Assembly: GCA_964016885.1 (NCBI GenBank)
Contig: OZ024745.1
Span: 32,364,001-32,428,000 of the forward strand
Reading direction: 5' to 3'
Length of the DNA stretch: 64,000 nt
From: Eledone cirrhosa
Lineage: Eukaryota
Shown: positions 25,701 to 37,041 of the stretch, piece after piece
Layout of the letters: each line of letters begins with the position of its first letter
How positions within the stretch are numbered: the first letter of the stretch is position 1
Notes under the pieces: generated by a model
The model's input: only the letters and a program-made list of their open reading frames with translations
Databases searched by the model: none
What the model was told of the DNA's origin: nothing
Program-made: the position numbers and the translations under genes

Positions 25701-26033
25701 ATAGCCTCCATGGATTTCGTCGTAGCCGTCACAATGTTGTCCAACGTGACCATTTAGGTCGTCGCCTGCAATAATTATATAGTCACTGTCGGATATTTGG
25801 GAGGTAGTTAGCATCAGTGTCTCATAGAATCTGTCTTTTATAGCGCCGGGCAGTCCGGATTGGGGTGCGTACGCAGATATTACTGTCACCGTAGTTCTAT
25901 TGAGGACAAGTCGTATTTTAATTATTCTGTCGTTCACTCTATTTACGTCTATTATCTTATCTGCCCACTTTTCTGCTACCATGATTCCTACTCCACCCAG
26001 CCCATCGTCGTTTCCCACCCAGAAAAGCTTATA
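22785..26033 (-). mobile_element. RTE-clade LINE, 5'-truncated within the endonuclease
   Basis: Single long ORF, ~350-bp 3' UTR and (GAT)n tail; ends abut TA/TC microsatellites. Confidence 0.97.
23148..26018 (-). CDS. RTE LINE ORF: partial APE endonuclease, reverse transcriptase, PHD-like C4HC3 finger
   Basis: Motifs SAYAP, GDDLNGH, QVDYIL, SQHRL (APE); NYRGIKL, QFGF, DLEEAFD, GVHQGSVLSP, YADD, FRYLG (RT). The listed start is an internal GTG; the true N-terminus is missing. Confidence 0.95.
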   Translation of the reverse strand: MGNDDGLGGVGIMVAEKWADKIIDVNRVNDRIIKIRLVLNRTTVTVISAYAPQSGLPGAIKDRFYETLMLTTSQISDSDYIIIAGDDLNGHVGQHCDGYDEIHGGYGFGTRNEEGSRILEFCDANNLTICNTNFKKRDNHLITYRSGEHTSQVDYILTRRRDRVSDVNTKSLPHEECTSQHRLIISDLIVRTRRTRQQKRTILRRKIWKLKDPTARNKFQSILLDAFDSKEEHLESDNIEGEWEFLKANLLLATDEVCGWSRPVGRRRVTWWWNSKVEGSIKAKKQAWKVWRDGGSREDYQVARREARRQVYLARREAEERKFKHVLQRDDQKREVFRIARQCVKENRDIVGEKCVLNDDGTLAITDADKKVAWKCHYERLLNEENKWEKDSLPHIDPIEGPAVLVEGSIISKAIKDMKTGKAAGPSEIVAEMLKASGTVGHTIVTSIVNQVVQNGVVPKDWHSSIIVNCYKGKGDALDRSNYRGIKLIDQVMKVTEKVIARLIRERIDLDEMQFGFVSGKSTTDALFIVRQLQEKYLAKGKPLYLAFVDLEEAFDRVPRSIIWWALRKLGVDEWLVRAIQAMYKETVSKVRINNEYSEEFSVKVGVHQGSVLSPLIFIIVLQAITEEFKTGCPWELLYADDLTLIAESMAELEKKFQTWKHGLESKGLKINLAKTKVLVCRKENKAPVPSGKWSCLVCRKGVGRNSILCPKCKVWVHKRCSGITGKLTKNIDFTCGRCSGAISSSKCPQNTSSFNCAEGSIEIVDSFRYLGDKISSGGGCSESTVARVRTGWKKFRELIPLLAAKGFSLKMKGRLYDACIRTAMLHGSETWALCAEDIRRLERNEACMLRWMCNSNIRERQSINELRKKLEIRGIRCCLLERRLRWYGHVMRMKVDSCITKCRAIKIDGSHGIGRPRKTWDELINSDLTHLHLSKTMSLDRDLWRYSVTEKTRLT

Positions 26034-26545
26034 ACATCGTTTTATATATATATATATATATAATTCAAATTAAAAGCTTATAACATCGTTTTATATATAT
26101 ATATATATATATAATTCAAATTAAAAGATATATGTATTTATGATATATATAGAGAGAAAAAGTCATATGTTATTAGACAAACATAATATTTTGTACATAT
26201 ATATATATATGAAGCATATGATATTTAGGAAAAAGTACATACTTTAAGGTGGAAAAGTACTTATTTTCCTTATGGTGCTGTTCCATAGTTTGTAAATCAA
26301 AACAAAAATCAATCTAAGTAATCAATTATCGATTACCAACTGTTGACTTTGGTAAAACTATGGAAGACGTGAAACTGATCATCAGAGGAGTCATCTTTGG
26401 ATAACTTTATATCTGTCGGGATCTGGGAGTCAGTCAAAGCTGTAGACCACATGATGCAAAGAACGTTTTAACTGTGGCAGCAAATACGAATAGGTCTGGA
26501 CGTTGTATCCACTAGAAAGAGGTGGGAAGTACTACTCACACTATA

Positions 26546-26691
26546 TAGAACTCCAGTTCGGATCCAGCTGTCAAAATGGCCGGAGCTCAGCTGTTGGGGC
26601 CTTAACTCTTTTCCTATTACCCACTCTACTACCCTAAGTATTGAGTACTCTGGTGCGCTATGGTCCACCTGGTATCTTACCACACCCTCTT

Positions 26692-26698
<7 letters not shown>
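26546..26698 (+). mobile_element. TA-targeted short structured element, same family as 11968-12134
   Basis: CAGTTCGGATCCAGCTGTCAAAATGGCCGGAGCTCAGCTG...GGTCCACCTGGTATCTTACCACACC then (TA)n. Confidence 0.72.
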
Positions 26699-26727
<29 letters not shown>

Positions 26728-26761
26728 TAGGATGGATTCAATTTGAAACTGGTTAGACCAT

Positions 26762-26871
26762 TACTCAACAGAGTACTTGATATTTGGGGTAGAGTATGAT
26801 TATATTATAACTGAGTCTGGAACTAACTGTTGAAACAACAAGGGCTCAGCTGTTAGGGTCCCGACTCTATA
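26762..26871 (+). mobile_element. Diverged member of the same family with an inverted tail piece in front
   Basis: CTGAGTCTGGAACTAACTGTTGAAACAACAAGGGCTCAGCTGTTAGGGTCCCGACTC, preceded by the reverse complement of the family tail (GAGTACTTGATATTTGGGGTAGAGT). Confidence 0.6.
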
Positions 26872-26883
26872 ATATATATATAT

Positions 26884-27151
26884 AAGCAAATGTATGAGTG
26901 AATGAAGGAGTTACAAGCCATTAAAACAATTCTTTATATAGCTCTTACACGTGTTTCACCCAGAAGAGCTCTTCAGAGGCAGAAGTTCCTATGGTTTCAT
27001 TGGTAAGTATAAATACCGGTGTTTATACTTACCAATGAAACCATAGGAACTTCTGCCTCTGAAGAGCTCTTCTGGGTGAAACACGTGTAAGAGCTATATA
27101 AAGAATTGTTTTAATGGCTTGTAACTCCTTCATTCACTCATACATTTGCTT
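26884..27151. mobile_element. Fold-back element 2: loopless palindrome with 134-bp arms, in (TA)n
   Basis: Arms are exact reverse complements apart from one T/G pair (27014/27021); centre 27017/27018. Confidence 0.92.
27055..27094 (+). ncRNA. Minimal type-I hammerhead ribozyme motif (mirror copy on - strand at 26941-26980)
   Basis: GCCU-CUGAAGA-GCUC/UUCU/GGGU-GAAAC-ACGU-GUA-AGAGC; 4-bp stem II, palindromic ACACGUGU stem III, weak bulged stem I. Confidence 0.8.
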
Positions 27152-27450
27152 ATATATATATATATATTCTCTTTTCTCCTAGTTTATTTTACACCTAATT
27201 CTGTTTAATTGACTGTATCTGGGCGATTACGCTGTCGAAATATTCGATAAATATTCCGTCGTAGCCGACGCGAAGGGCTGGTTTCGGTTATTTGTTGGAG
27301 ATTTCTTCATAGAAGCCTTATTCTTATAGCCTGGTCTATTCGATTTTTTATATAGTTAATTATGCTAATTGGGAGAGGAAATGGTATATATTTTATCTGG
27401 TGATTCTATAGACATGTTTTATGATATATATATATATATATATATATATA

Positions 27451-27769
27451 TCAAAATGAAAATCCGAAGGCAAGGTAAAATTCCAATCATTTAATCACGA
27501 CACATGTTTCAATAAGAGATAGATCGATTGTGAAGCCATGATCGATTATCACTGATCTCATCAGGTGAAAATGAATTGTCTTCAAATTCTTGATATGAGG
27601 GAGAAAAAATAACGATGTTCTCTCACAGAATTCATTCCCTCATATTCATTTTCACCTGATGAGATCAGTGATAATCGATCATGGCTTCACAATCGATCTA
27701 TCTCTTATTGAAACATGTGTCGTGATTAAATGATTGGAATTTTACCTTGCCTTCGGATTTTCATTTTGA
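27451..27769. mobile_element. Fold-back element 3: 126-bp inverted arms, 67-bp spacer, unique tail to about 27910
   Basis: 27451-27576 is the reverse complement of 27644-27769; bounded by (TA)n at 27424-27450 and after 27910. Confidence 0.92.
27646..27733 (+). ncRNA. Type-I hammerhead ribozyme with extended stems I and II (mirror copy on - strand at 27487-27574)
   Basis: UCAUUU-UCAC-CUGAUGA-[47-nt stem-loop II]-GAAAC-AUGU-GUC-GUGA-UU-AAAUGA; canonical core and GUC cleavage triplet (27719-27721). Confidence 0.88.
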
Positions 27770-28132
27770 TACTTATACTCCATTTTACATCATCTGGCTG
27801 TTCCCTTGAATGGAATTGGAGATATACAAAAGCGTGGAGAACTTAATATTGCTAACAAAGTTATTGGAACATTTTACACAACCAATAATGCACCTTACTA
27901 TATAACAACTATATATATATATATATGTATATAAGAAAGAGGGTGAGGTAAGATACTAGGTGGACCACAGCTTAAACCACACGCTAAATATTAACTTCCT
28001 CTAATATTTAACCCTGCTAACCCAAGCATCAAGCGCACCACGCTTCGGCTTTTGGCATTTAGTATTATGTATCGCACCTCTTTGTACCTCTCTGCTTCAT
28101 CCTCTCTTATGATACCTTAACCCTATTATATA

Positions 28133-28167
<35 letters not shown>

Positions 28168-28994
28168 TGGCATATATGTATATATGAGTGAGTAGAAATA
28201 TTGTTTGTTTTTAACCTATTTATATCTCTTTACTGCCAACACCGTGCCACCCTCATCTCCTTCCCCGCCTAGTAGTATTTCTTCCATACTCTCTTGGTTG
28301 TGTCATCTTCTTTTACAAACATTACATAATGCTAATCCCATCACTAATATAACCAATAGTACCTCCTCCTACACCAATACTATCAACCATGACCAGCACT
28401 TCTATACAATACAAAATGTCTTCTCATTCTCCACTCCCTGCAGTACATTACATTAATTAATCTAAAAGTGTATATATGAGTGGCAGGGCTGTCATATCCT
28501 TTATGCCATCAGTGTCATCATTTTGTCTTTCTTTTTCTTTTTACTCTCCCATGCCATCTATTCCTCCCCGTTACATCGTTTCCACTCCTATATTACCACC
28601 TTCTACACACACTCACACACACTTTCTTGTTCCCTTATCTTACTCCCACCATCAATATATGTCTGTTGTCAGTTCCTGTTGATGTAAACAACAACAGAAA
28701 ATACTACTACTACTACCACCACTGCCACCACCACCACTATTACCACCACTACTACCAAAACCATCACCACAACCACCATTACTACCAACATCATCATAAC
28801 AACCACTACTACGAACATCATCATAACAACCACTACTACGACCAACACCACAATCATCTCCAACACTACTACTACTAAGGGTAGTTAGACCATTTGGTAA
28901 CCTGGAAAATGTACTTAGAACATAGATGAATAACAACCCATAACTACTATTATTATTGATGATGATAATGATGGTAACAATGTTGTTTATGCCA

Positions 28995-29155
28995 AGGTTT
29001 GCTGAAAATGAGTACCAGCAATAGCTGGGGGTTTAGCCCTGTGATGGATTGGTATCATGTTCAAGGGCTTGTCATGTATTCTCAGTTGTTTAATGCTGTG
29101 AAAACCAGGATAAGCACCAGCCTGATGAGCCTCTAGTCTTGAGACAGACTTTAGA
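28995..29155 (+). mobile_element. V-SINE-like body and 3' end
   Basis: AAATGAGTACCAGC..GGGGG..CCCTGTGATGGA..AAACCAGGATAAGC..CCTGATGAGCC..CAGACTTT resembles the V-domain SINE layout (recognised from memory, not aligned). Confidence 0.55.
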
Positions 29156-30660
29156 CTGTATTAGTTGGATCAGAGATTCATATCTCACTCATGTATTCCA
29201 TTTTGGTGTGGCTTCTATGGTTGAATGCCTTTCCTAACACCAATGATTTATTCAGAGTGGACTTGTGCATTTTATTGTGGCACCAGCATCAGAGAGGTTG
29301 TCAGGTCCTCAGCAAGACAAAATAGTCCTCTCTACCTTATGCTGTCTCTGTTAATTCCCCAACCACTTTACAGAATCTACTGGGTTGTGGTTTCAACATT
29401 CGTGACATTGCCTTATCTCCTGCAAGACTACAGTATCCTTTTTACTACATGTTGTCTCTGTTTATTGAAAATAAGCATGACCAAAACATGAATAGAGGAC
29501 AGCATGATGTCCAAGACAGTAAAAGAAGAGCGGGGAAGGCAACATAGTAATATGAGTAAAAGAGTAGCAGGGAGAATAATGGAAAAGAGACAGTGATAGG
29601 AAGCTATACATACACTCAAACATGCATGTACACACACATTGGATTAAAATAGTCTTACAATATATTTGAATGAAAAGTGAGATAGCCACTGAGCTAAACA
29701 GCATCAATAACTAATAACTCTAAGACTTTAACTTGTCCTTTCCCACCATTCCACTACCCAAAATAGAGAGAAATATGTAGACTTGTGAGTGGAATTTGGC
29801 TGTCGAAACCTGAGCCTGTAATTGCATCATTTTTGTTTGATTTAAAATAAGTACCAGAGCACCTATAAAAGGAAGTTACCTGTGATAAATTCGTTTTCTG
29901 TTCAGTTAAAAAATTATTTAGATGCCTGTTGCATAAAAAAAAAACTTAATAATAAAGTGAACACGAGTGTGCTTGGTGTAGTAAATCAAGAAATCTTGAT
30001 TAGTTAAAACTATGCCCTCAGCAATGAGAATACTCATTATTTAAATTACTAATTCTAGTAAACAAAAAGGCAAAAAAAGTGACATAATACTAAAATGTTA
30101 ATTAATCCAAATTAATTAAATATGGAATGTTGTTGGAAGATTGTCTGATCTTTGACAGTACAGTGACAATTTTTTTTTTAATGTTGTTTAGCTCTAATTG
30201 ATCAAATATATGATCAAAAATGTTCCAACCATTAAGTTCCTAATTTTTGGAGGCATCTGTCTAATGTATTCCTCATTTTTTAAAAGATAGTATGATGTGT
30301 GATTTAGTGGAAATTCTATTTTTATAATATATTATAAAATAATCTATATTTGAACTTGTTCTGTAGTTAGAATTATTTTACAAAACAATATTTTTAATGA
30401 AATATTTCCAACTCTTGACAACAAGAGAGTTTTAAAAATTGATATCTGTACCAATTTCATTAATTAGATTCCAACAGTTTTAAATATACAATAATTTTTA
30501 CCATAAAACAAAAATACAATTTCCATCTGAAAATTTAATTTAAAAAAAACGACAAACGAACTTAGAAAACTTCTACTTAGACCTACAGATCGCACATAAT
30601 TATTGAAATATTAATTGTATAATATATATTTTTGTCATTTGATTACTGCATTGTAATGTA

Positions 30661-30800
30661 CAAAGATCAGCTGAAAAGTTCATAGGCTGACCAAGATACT
30701 CTCATGGAATAACCAAATGGGGTATATATTTCAACATAGTCTCTAGAAAGAACCAATGCAACTATTAATAAGGAAAGTTGAAATTAATGCTTTAAAGCTT
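30661..30800. mobile_element. Partial mariner-type MITE
   Basis: TA followed by CAAAGATCAGCTGAAAAGTTCATAGGCTGACCAAGATACTCTCATGGAAT, matching 52938-53128. Confidence 0.8.
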
Positions 30801-30976
30801 TCTTACTGTTTTGTTTTTCAATTACATTTCAGATATAAAAACCTCTCTTATTTCATATTAGATATTATTCTATATTTACAAAATAAGGTTTTTATAAAAT
30901 AATTCTATGAGAAATTGTTTTGCTAAGAATTTGGTTCAATGACAAGTTATTCAGTGAAAAGTTCTTCTTGAATGTT

Positions 30977-32425
30977 CTAACTATATAGTCTGTCTGTACT
31001 AACTATATAGTCTGTCTGTACTAACTATATAGTCTGTCTGTACTAACTATATAGTCTGTCTGTACTAACTATATAGTCTGTCTATACTAACTATATAGTC
31101 TGTCTGTACTAACTATATAGTCTGTCTGTACTAACTATATAGTCTGTCTGTACTAACTATATAGTCTGTCTGTACTAACTATATAGTCTGTCTGTACTAA
31201 CTATATAGTCTGTCTGTACTAACTATATAGTCTGTCTGTACTAACTATATAGTCTGTCTGTACTAACTATATAGTCTGTCTGTACTAACTATACAATCTG
31301 TCTGTACTAACTACACAGTCCATCTGTACTAACTACACAGTCCATCTGTACTAACTACACAGTCCATCTGTACTAACTACACAGTCCATCTGTACTAACT
31401 ATATAGTCTGTCTATACTAACTATATAGTCTGTCTGTACTAACTATATAGTCTGTCTGTACTAACTATACAACGTGTCTGTACTAACTATATAGTCTGTC
31501 TGTACTAACTATATAGTCTGTCTGTACTAACTATATAGTCTGTCTGTACTAACTATATAGTCTGTCTGTACTAACTATATAGTCTGTCTGTACTAACTAT
31601 ATAGTCTGTCTGTACTAACTATATAGTCTGTCTGTACTAACTATACAATCTGTCTGTACTAACTATATAGTCTGTCTGTACTAACTATATAGTCTGTCTG
31701 TACTAACTATATAGTCTGTCTGTACTAACTATACAATCTGTCTATACTAACTATATAGTCTGTCTGTACTAACTATATAGTCTGTCTGTACTAACTATAT
31801 AGTCTGTCTGTACTAACTATATAGTCTGTCTGTACTAACTATATAGTCTGTCTGTACTAACTATATAGTCTGTCTGTACTAACTACACAGTCTGTCTGTA
31901 CTAACTACACAGTCTGTCTGTACTAACTACACAGTCCATCTGTACTAACTACACAGTCCATCTGTACTAACTACACAGTCCATCTGTACTAACTATATAG
32001 TCTGTCTATACTAACTATATAGTCTGTCTGTACTAACTATATAGTCTGTCTGTACTAACTATATAGTCTGTCTATACTACCTATATAGTCCATCTGTACT
32101 AACTACACAGTCCATCTGTACTAACTACACAGTCCATATGTACTAACTATATAGTCTGTCTGTACTAACTATATAGTCTGTCTGTACTAACTATATAGTC
32201 TGTCTGTACTAACTATACAATCTGTCTGTACTAACTATATAGTCTGTCTGTACTAACTATATAGTCTGTCTGTACTAACTATATAGTCTGTCTGTACTAA
32301 CTATACAATCTGTCTGTACTAACTATATAGTCTGTCTGTACTAACTATATAGTCTGTCTGTACTAACTATATAGTCTGTCTGTACTAACTATATAGTCTG
32401 TCTGTACTAACTATATAGTCTGTCT
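30977..32425. repeat. 22-bp minisatellite, about 65 copies (CTAACTATATAGTCTGTCTGTA)
   Basis: Period 22 read directly; clustered variant CTAACTACACAGTCCATCTGTA. Confidence 0.97.
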
Positions 32426-32555
32426 TTCCTTTTCATTTCACTCCCTTTTACAATTTTTCTATATTTTTTCTATTTTTCTATTAGTTTATTTTGAGCTTCA
32501 TTCTCTTTATCACTGTTCAAGAGAGTAAAAGATATACCAATATAGGGGAAGAGAT

Positions 32556-32608
<53 letters not shown>

Positions 32609-35600
32609 AACATAAAGAAAGAGAGAGGTGAACACAGAGAGAGAGTGAAACAGAAAGAAAGAGGGACAGAGAGAGAAAATAAAAACAGTTTAAAATACAC
32701 AAAAACTGTTTTGAAATTTAAATAAAAATAGATATGAGCCTATACAATCCCTCTAAAACTGTATATATCTACTTCATCATCATCATTGTCATTAACATCA
32801 GCATCATCGTCATTCTTTTCCTCCCCACTATCATCATCATCATCAGTATTTAATAATTTTATTTACCTTTCCATGATACCTTTCTCTTTAACCACCCAAC
32901 CTAAGACATCTTACTCCCTTCACACACACACAAACATATACAGACAGACACACACATGCACACAAACATATACAGACACACACAAACATATACAGACACA
33001 GACACACATATACATACAGTTTTTGTCCTGATCCTCATATGTCTCATTTCTCACATTAACCCCTAACCCACTTCTATTCCTCCAAAAAACAAGAGGGATT
33101 CCTGTAAACCTTCACTCTTTGAAAATAAACCTTATTTAATTTAATTTTCTTTTTCATTTTTTTTTTTTGTTTTGTTGTTTTTCTCCACATCTCATCTGAC
33201 AACCTTACCACTTTTTTACTTATCTTTTCTCCCCTCTAATCCCTCTCCTGGGCTCCATTGCACTACCACTCACTCACCCACACCTAGTATGCAGCATCAT
33301 CTTCCTGTTCAGCCCTCTTATACCTTCTCCCCCACAGCAGGGTTTTTGCGCATTTTTTCAACACAGATGGATCAGGTTTCCATCATTCCTTTATTCTCAC
33401 TTTTGTTGTTGGCATCATTTTTTTTTTACTGTTGTTGTTGTTGTTATTGTTGATTGCTGCTGCAATTTCTCTACTTGTTGTTGTTATTGCTGCTGCTGTT
33501 ATTGTTGATTGCTGCTGAAATTTCTCTTGTTGTTGTTGCTGATGTTATTGTTGATTCCTAATGCAATTTCTGTTGTAGTTGTTAATATGCTGTTGTTGTT
33601 ATTGTTGATAGCTGCTGTGACTTCTCTTGTTGTTGCTGTTGTTGTTAATGTTGTTATTGCTGTTATTGCTGTTGTAGTTTCTGTTGATGGTGCAGTTGGT
33701 ATGATTGCTGATGCAGTTTCTCTTGTTGCTGTTGATGTTGATTTTGTTATTGCACCATTGCTGTCATTGCTACTGCTAATGCTGTTATTATTGCTGTTGT
33801 TACTGTTACTGTGGCTGTTGATGTTGTTTATATTATGTAGCAGCAGTGGAATCTCACTAAATGATTTCCTTGATCCAATTGCACTAGATTTCATTTGAAA
33901 CTTCTTTGCTCTGTCCTAAGTTCTACACCTTTCGTTTTCCCCACAAAAGGTATTAACACCATACATTTCTATACCCTCTCTCTTCTAATACTTGCTATAT
34001 TGTCTATGTAAGAACCAATTTTAATCTATTTCTTGCGTATTTTTAAAGTATTTTGTAATTATTATTGGAGACCGTACATTAATCAAAAACACATTAGGCA
34101 AGAGTGAAATTGATCAAAATCATAATTGTAACAATTGTTTTGATCTGTGTGTACATGTGTGTATGTATGTGTGTGTGTATGTATGTGCATGTGTACATAT
34201 GTGTATGCGTGTCTGTATGTGTACACGCATGTGTGTGTGTGCATGTTCATTAGCTTATTGTCCGATAAAGCTTTAGTAGAAAATATCTAAAACTGGGTTT
34301 GTTAATTCAGATGTTTATATCTTTACTAATGCACAGATCTGTGAAAATTTACAGTAAACTAAAGACTTCAATTATTAATGTGATGCAGTTGTTGCTAACG
34401 AGGTTTCATGTGGTACAGAATGTTAGGGGTTAAGCAAAGTGTCCAAAGCAGAATAAATATTTAAATATTCCAACATCTTTACAGATAAGATCAATAATTA
34501 TGATTTCTAACACAGCTGCCTGATCACAAACTTTATAGATGAATTATAATCAATTAAATTTACTCAATAATTTTACTAATACTTATTCTATAAATCCACA
34601 AAGGATGACGGGCAAAGTTGACTATGGTAGGATTTGTCCATAGAAACTAAAGAGACAGAACTCAGTGCTGCAGATAATTTTGTTGAACACTCTGAGTTAA
34701 TCACCATGCTACTCATTGACTTTGTAATAATGAATTTTAACAGAGCCGTATGACTAGAACAATTACTACTTGAATAATACTTAAGCAGTCAACCATAATT
34801 AATTATCATGTGATCAGCATCATTTTCTCAAGAACGCTAATCATTTTCTTAGATAAATGTATATATTTGATGGTTATTGCATACAACTTCCTTAACATGA
34901 TGTCAATTTTGATATCTCTTGACTTTACCATCACAAGTATATTTACTTCAGAAAAATTCAGGTCAACTATCATTTAATTCCAGCTGATGAAGCTTATGGC
35001 TGTATTTTTATTTTTATTAAGTTAGCCAGTTTACAGAAACAGAATGTATCCCAGTGAAATATCATCATCATCATTTTTATGCTTGCTTTCCCATGCTTGT
35101 ATGGGTTGGACGGGTGCATATATATTTTATAACTATACACCCTAGTGTTGTAATGAAGTAGTGCTGGTGCTATAATAAAAAATGCATTCAGCCCACTCTG
35201 TAAAGTGAATGTTCTGGTACCGCATAAAATGCACCCAGTCCACCCTGAAAAGTGGTGGTGCTGGGATCACAAGTACATGCTGAGTACATGGTTTTTTACT
35301 GCTGTCCAGTTGTTCAAACAATTATATGCTTCCACCTGTGGATAGCATTGACTCGATGTAGATTTGTTTGCATTTAAGTTAAGGCAAATCTCATTTCCCT
35401 ATAAATATTTGAAAAAGAAAGAGAACCCACCCCAAAAGAACAAAAACTCATTATTGTTATGATATGAGCTGAAAGAAACATTCATTAATTCCAAACACAC
35501 AGATACTTAACCATATTTAATGAATTAACACTTTAATACCAGGAATGGTTTTAATTTGAAAGCTTTAATTAATTTGCTACAAAATATTTGTATTTTAATT

Positions 35601-35679
35601 TAAAGCATTAAAATATTTTAATCTTGTTATTGTATACATGCAAACAAATAAACATACACACACAAACACATTCACTTAT

Positions 35680-36226
35680 ATAACATTGACCTCCTGGAAA
35701 CTGTTCAGAGACGTGCAACCAAGTGAATACCCTCCATCAGGCATATACCATAGTCTGAACGCCTTGCTTCCCCTAGGCATGGATACTTTGAAGCTCTGAT
35801 GTCTGGCATCTGACTTAGTAAACACCCTCAAAATTGTTAACCATCTTGCCAACAACAACCCTGAGCACCTTTTTGAATTCCATGTGTCTAACACATGTGG
35901 GTATCCCTACAAAGTCAGAAAAACGTACAACTCTCATGACTTTCGGAAACATTTTTTCACATTCAGAGTTGCTGAAGCATGGAACAAACTCCCTGCATCA
36001 GTTGTTAGCTGTCGAGACGCTGCATCCTTTAAAACCTCCATGGTTCCTGAAATTCGCCAACACTACACCTGATATCCCGCCCTCCATACACATGCACACA
36101 TGTATATCATGACTCATACACTGTTCACTTTCCTGACATTTGTACATTATTCTATGTACTATACATGCACCTTTGATGAGTTGTAGTGCACCTGAGCACT
36201 GTACACAATAATTTCATTGTTATTAT
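35680..36226 (+). mobile_element. CR1-like LINE 3' end
   Basis: LETVQRRATK, SERLASLGM, FRKHFFTFRVAEAWNKLPASVV with stops; 3' UTR ends in an (ATT)-like tail. Confidence 0.88.
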
Positions 36227-36650
36227 ATGTTCAAAGTACACAGGCACACATACATACACAGACATGTTGTGTGTGAAGCTTGAATTTTCGAACTTACTAA
36301 GTGCTGAAGAAATAAATTTGTATGATGTAGGAAGCTGACGGACAGAAAATAACTGAAATTATAGTCAGTTGCTATAAAATAGCTTATAAAAATCAGGTAA
36401 AGACCCTTAGAGATGGAAAAATGTTGACAGCAGCTGCTACAATACCAGCTTTCACCATTGAGCTAAGGAGGCCAATGACAAAATCTTACCATCTAAATTA
36501 AAGAGCTGAATCAAACAACTTTTAAAAATATAATCATAAGTCATGTGTGAAGTATGAAAATTTGAGCTTACTAAGCACTGAGGAAATAAATTTATAAGAT
36601 GTAGGAAGCTCAGGGGCAGAACATTTGAGAGAGAGAGAGAAAGGGAGAAT

Positions 36651-36725
<75 letters not shown>

Positions 36726-37041
36726 CTATATAGATTTACACATGAAATGAATGCTAAATACCTCTGTGATGTAGAAAACAGACCTGTAATGCATAGCATG
36801 AAATAAAATAGCTTCTATGAAATTCAAGCTGCCAAGTGTTAACCCTTGCCAAATAACATGTTGAATTAAAGTAGTATTGTTTATATATATATATATATAC
36901 ATATATATATTTACAAGCAGGGAAAAGCGAATGTAAAATGACGATGATGATGATATATATATACATACGCATTTACATGTGTATGTATATATACATACAT
37001 ACACATTTACATATATATATATATATATACATACATACATA

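Noticed and set aside
29120-29150. CTGATGAG hammerhead-like start
   Set aside because: No GAAAC or GUH downstream; part of a V-SINE-like tail.
33499-33894. 131-aa Thr/Asn-rich mucin-like ORF (-)
   Set aside because: Degenerate (CAA/CAG)n low-complexity tract open on both strands; no good splice signals.
34984-35048. CTGATGA...GAAAC...GTA with a possible stem II
   Set aside because: No stem I pairing, non-palindromic loop III and no repeat context; at best a decayed relic.
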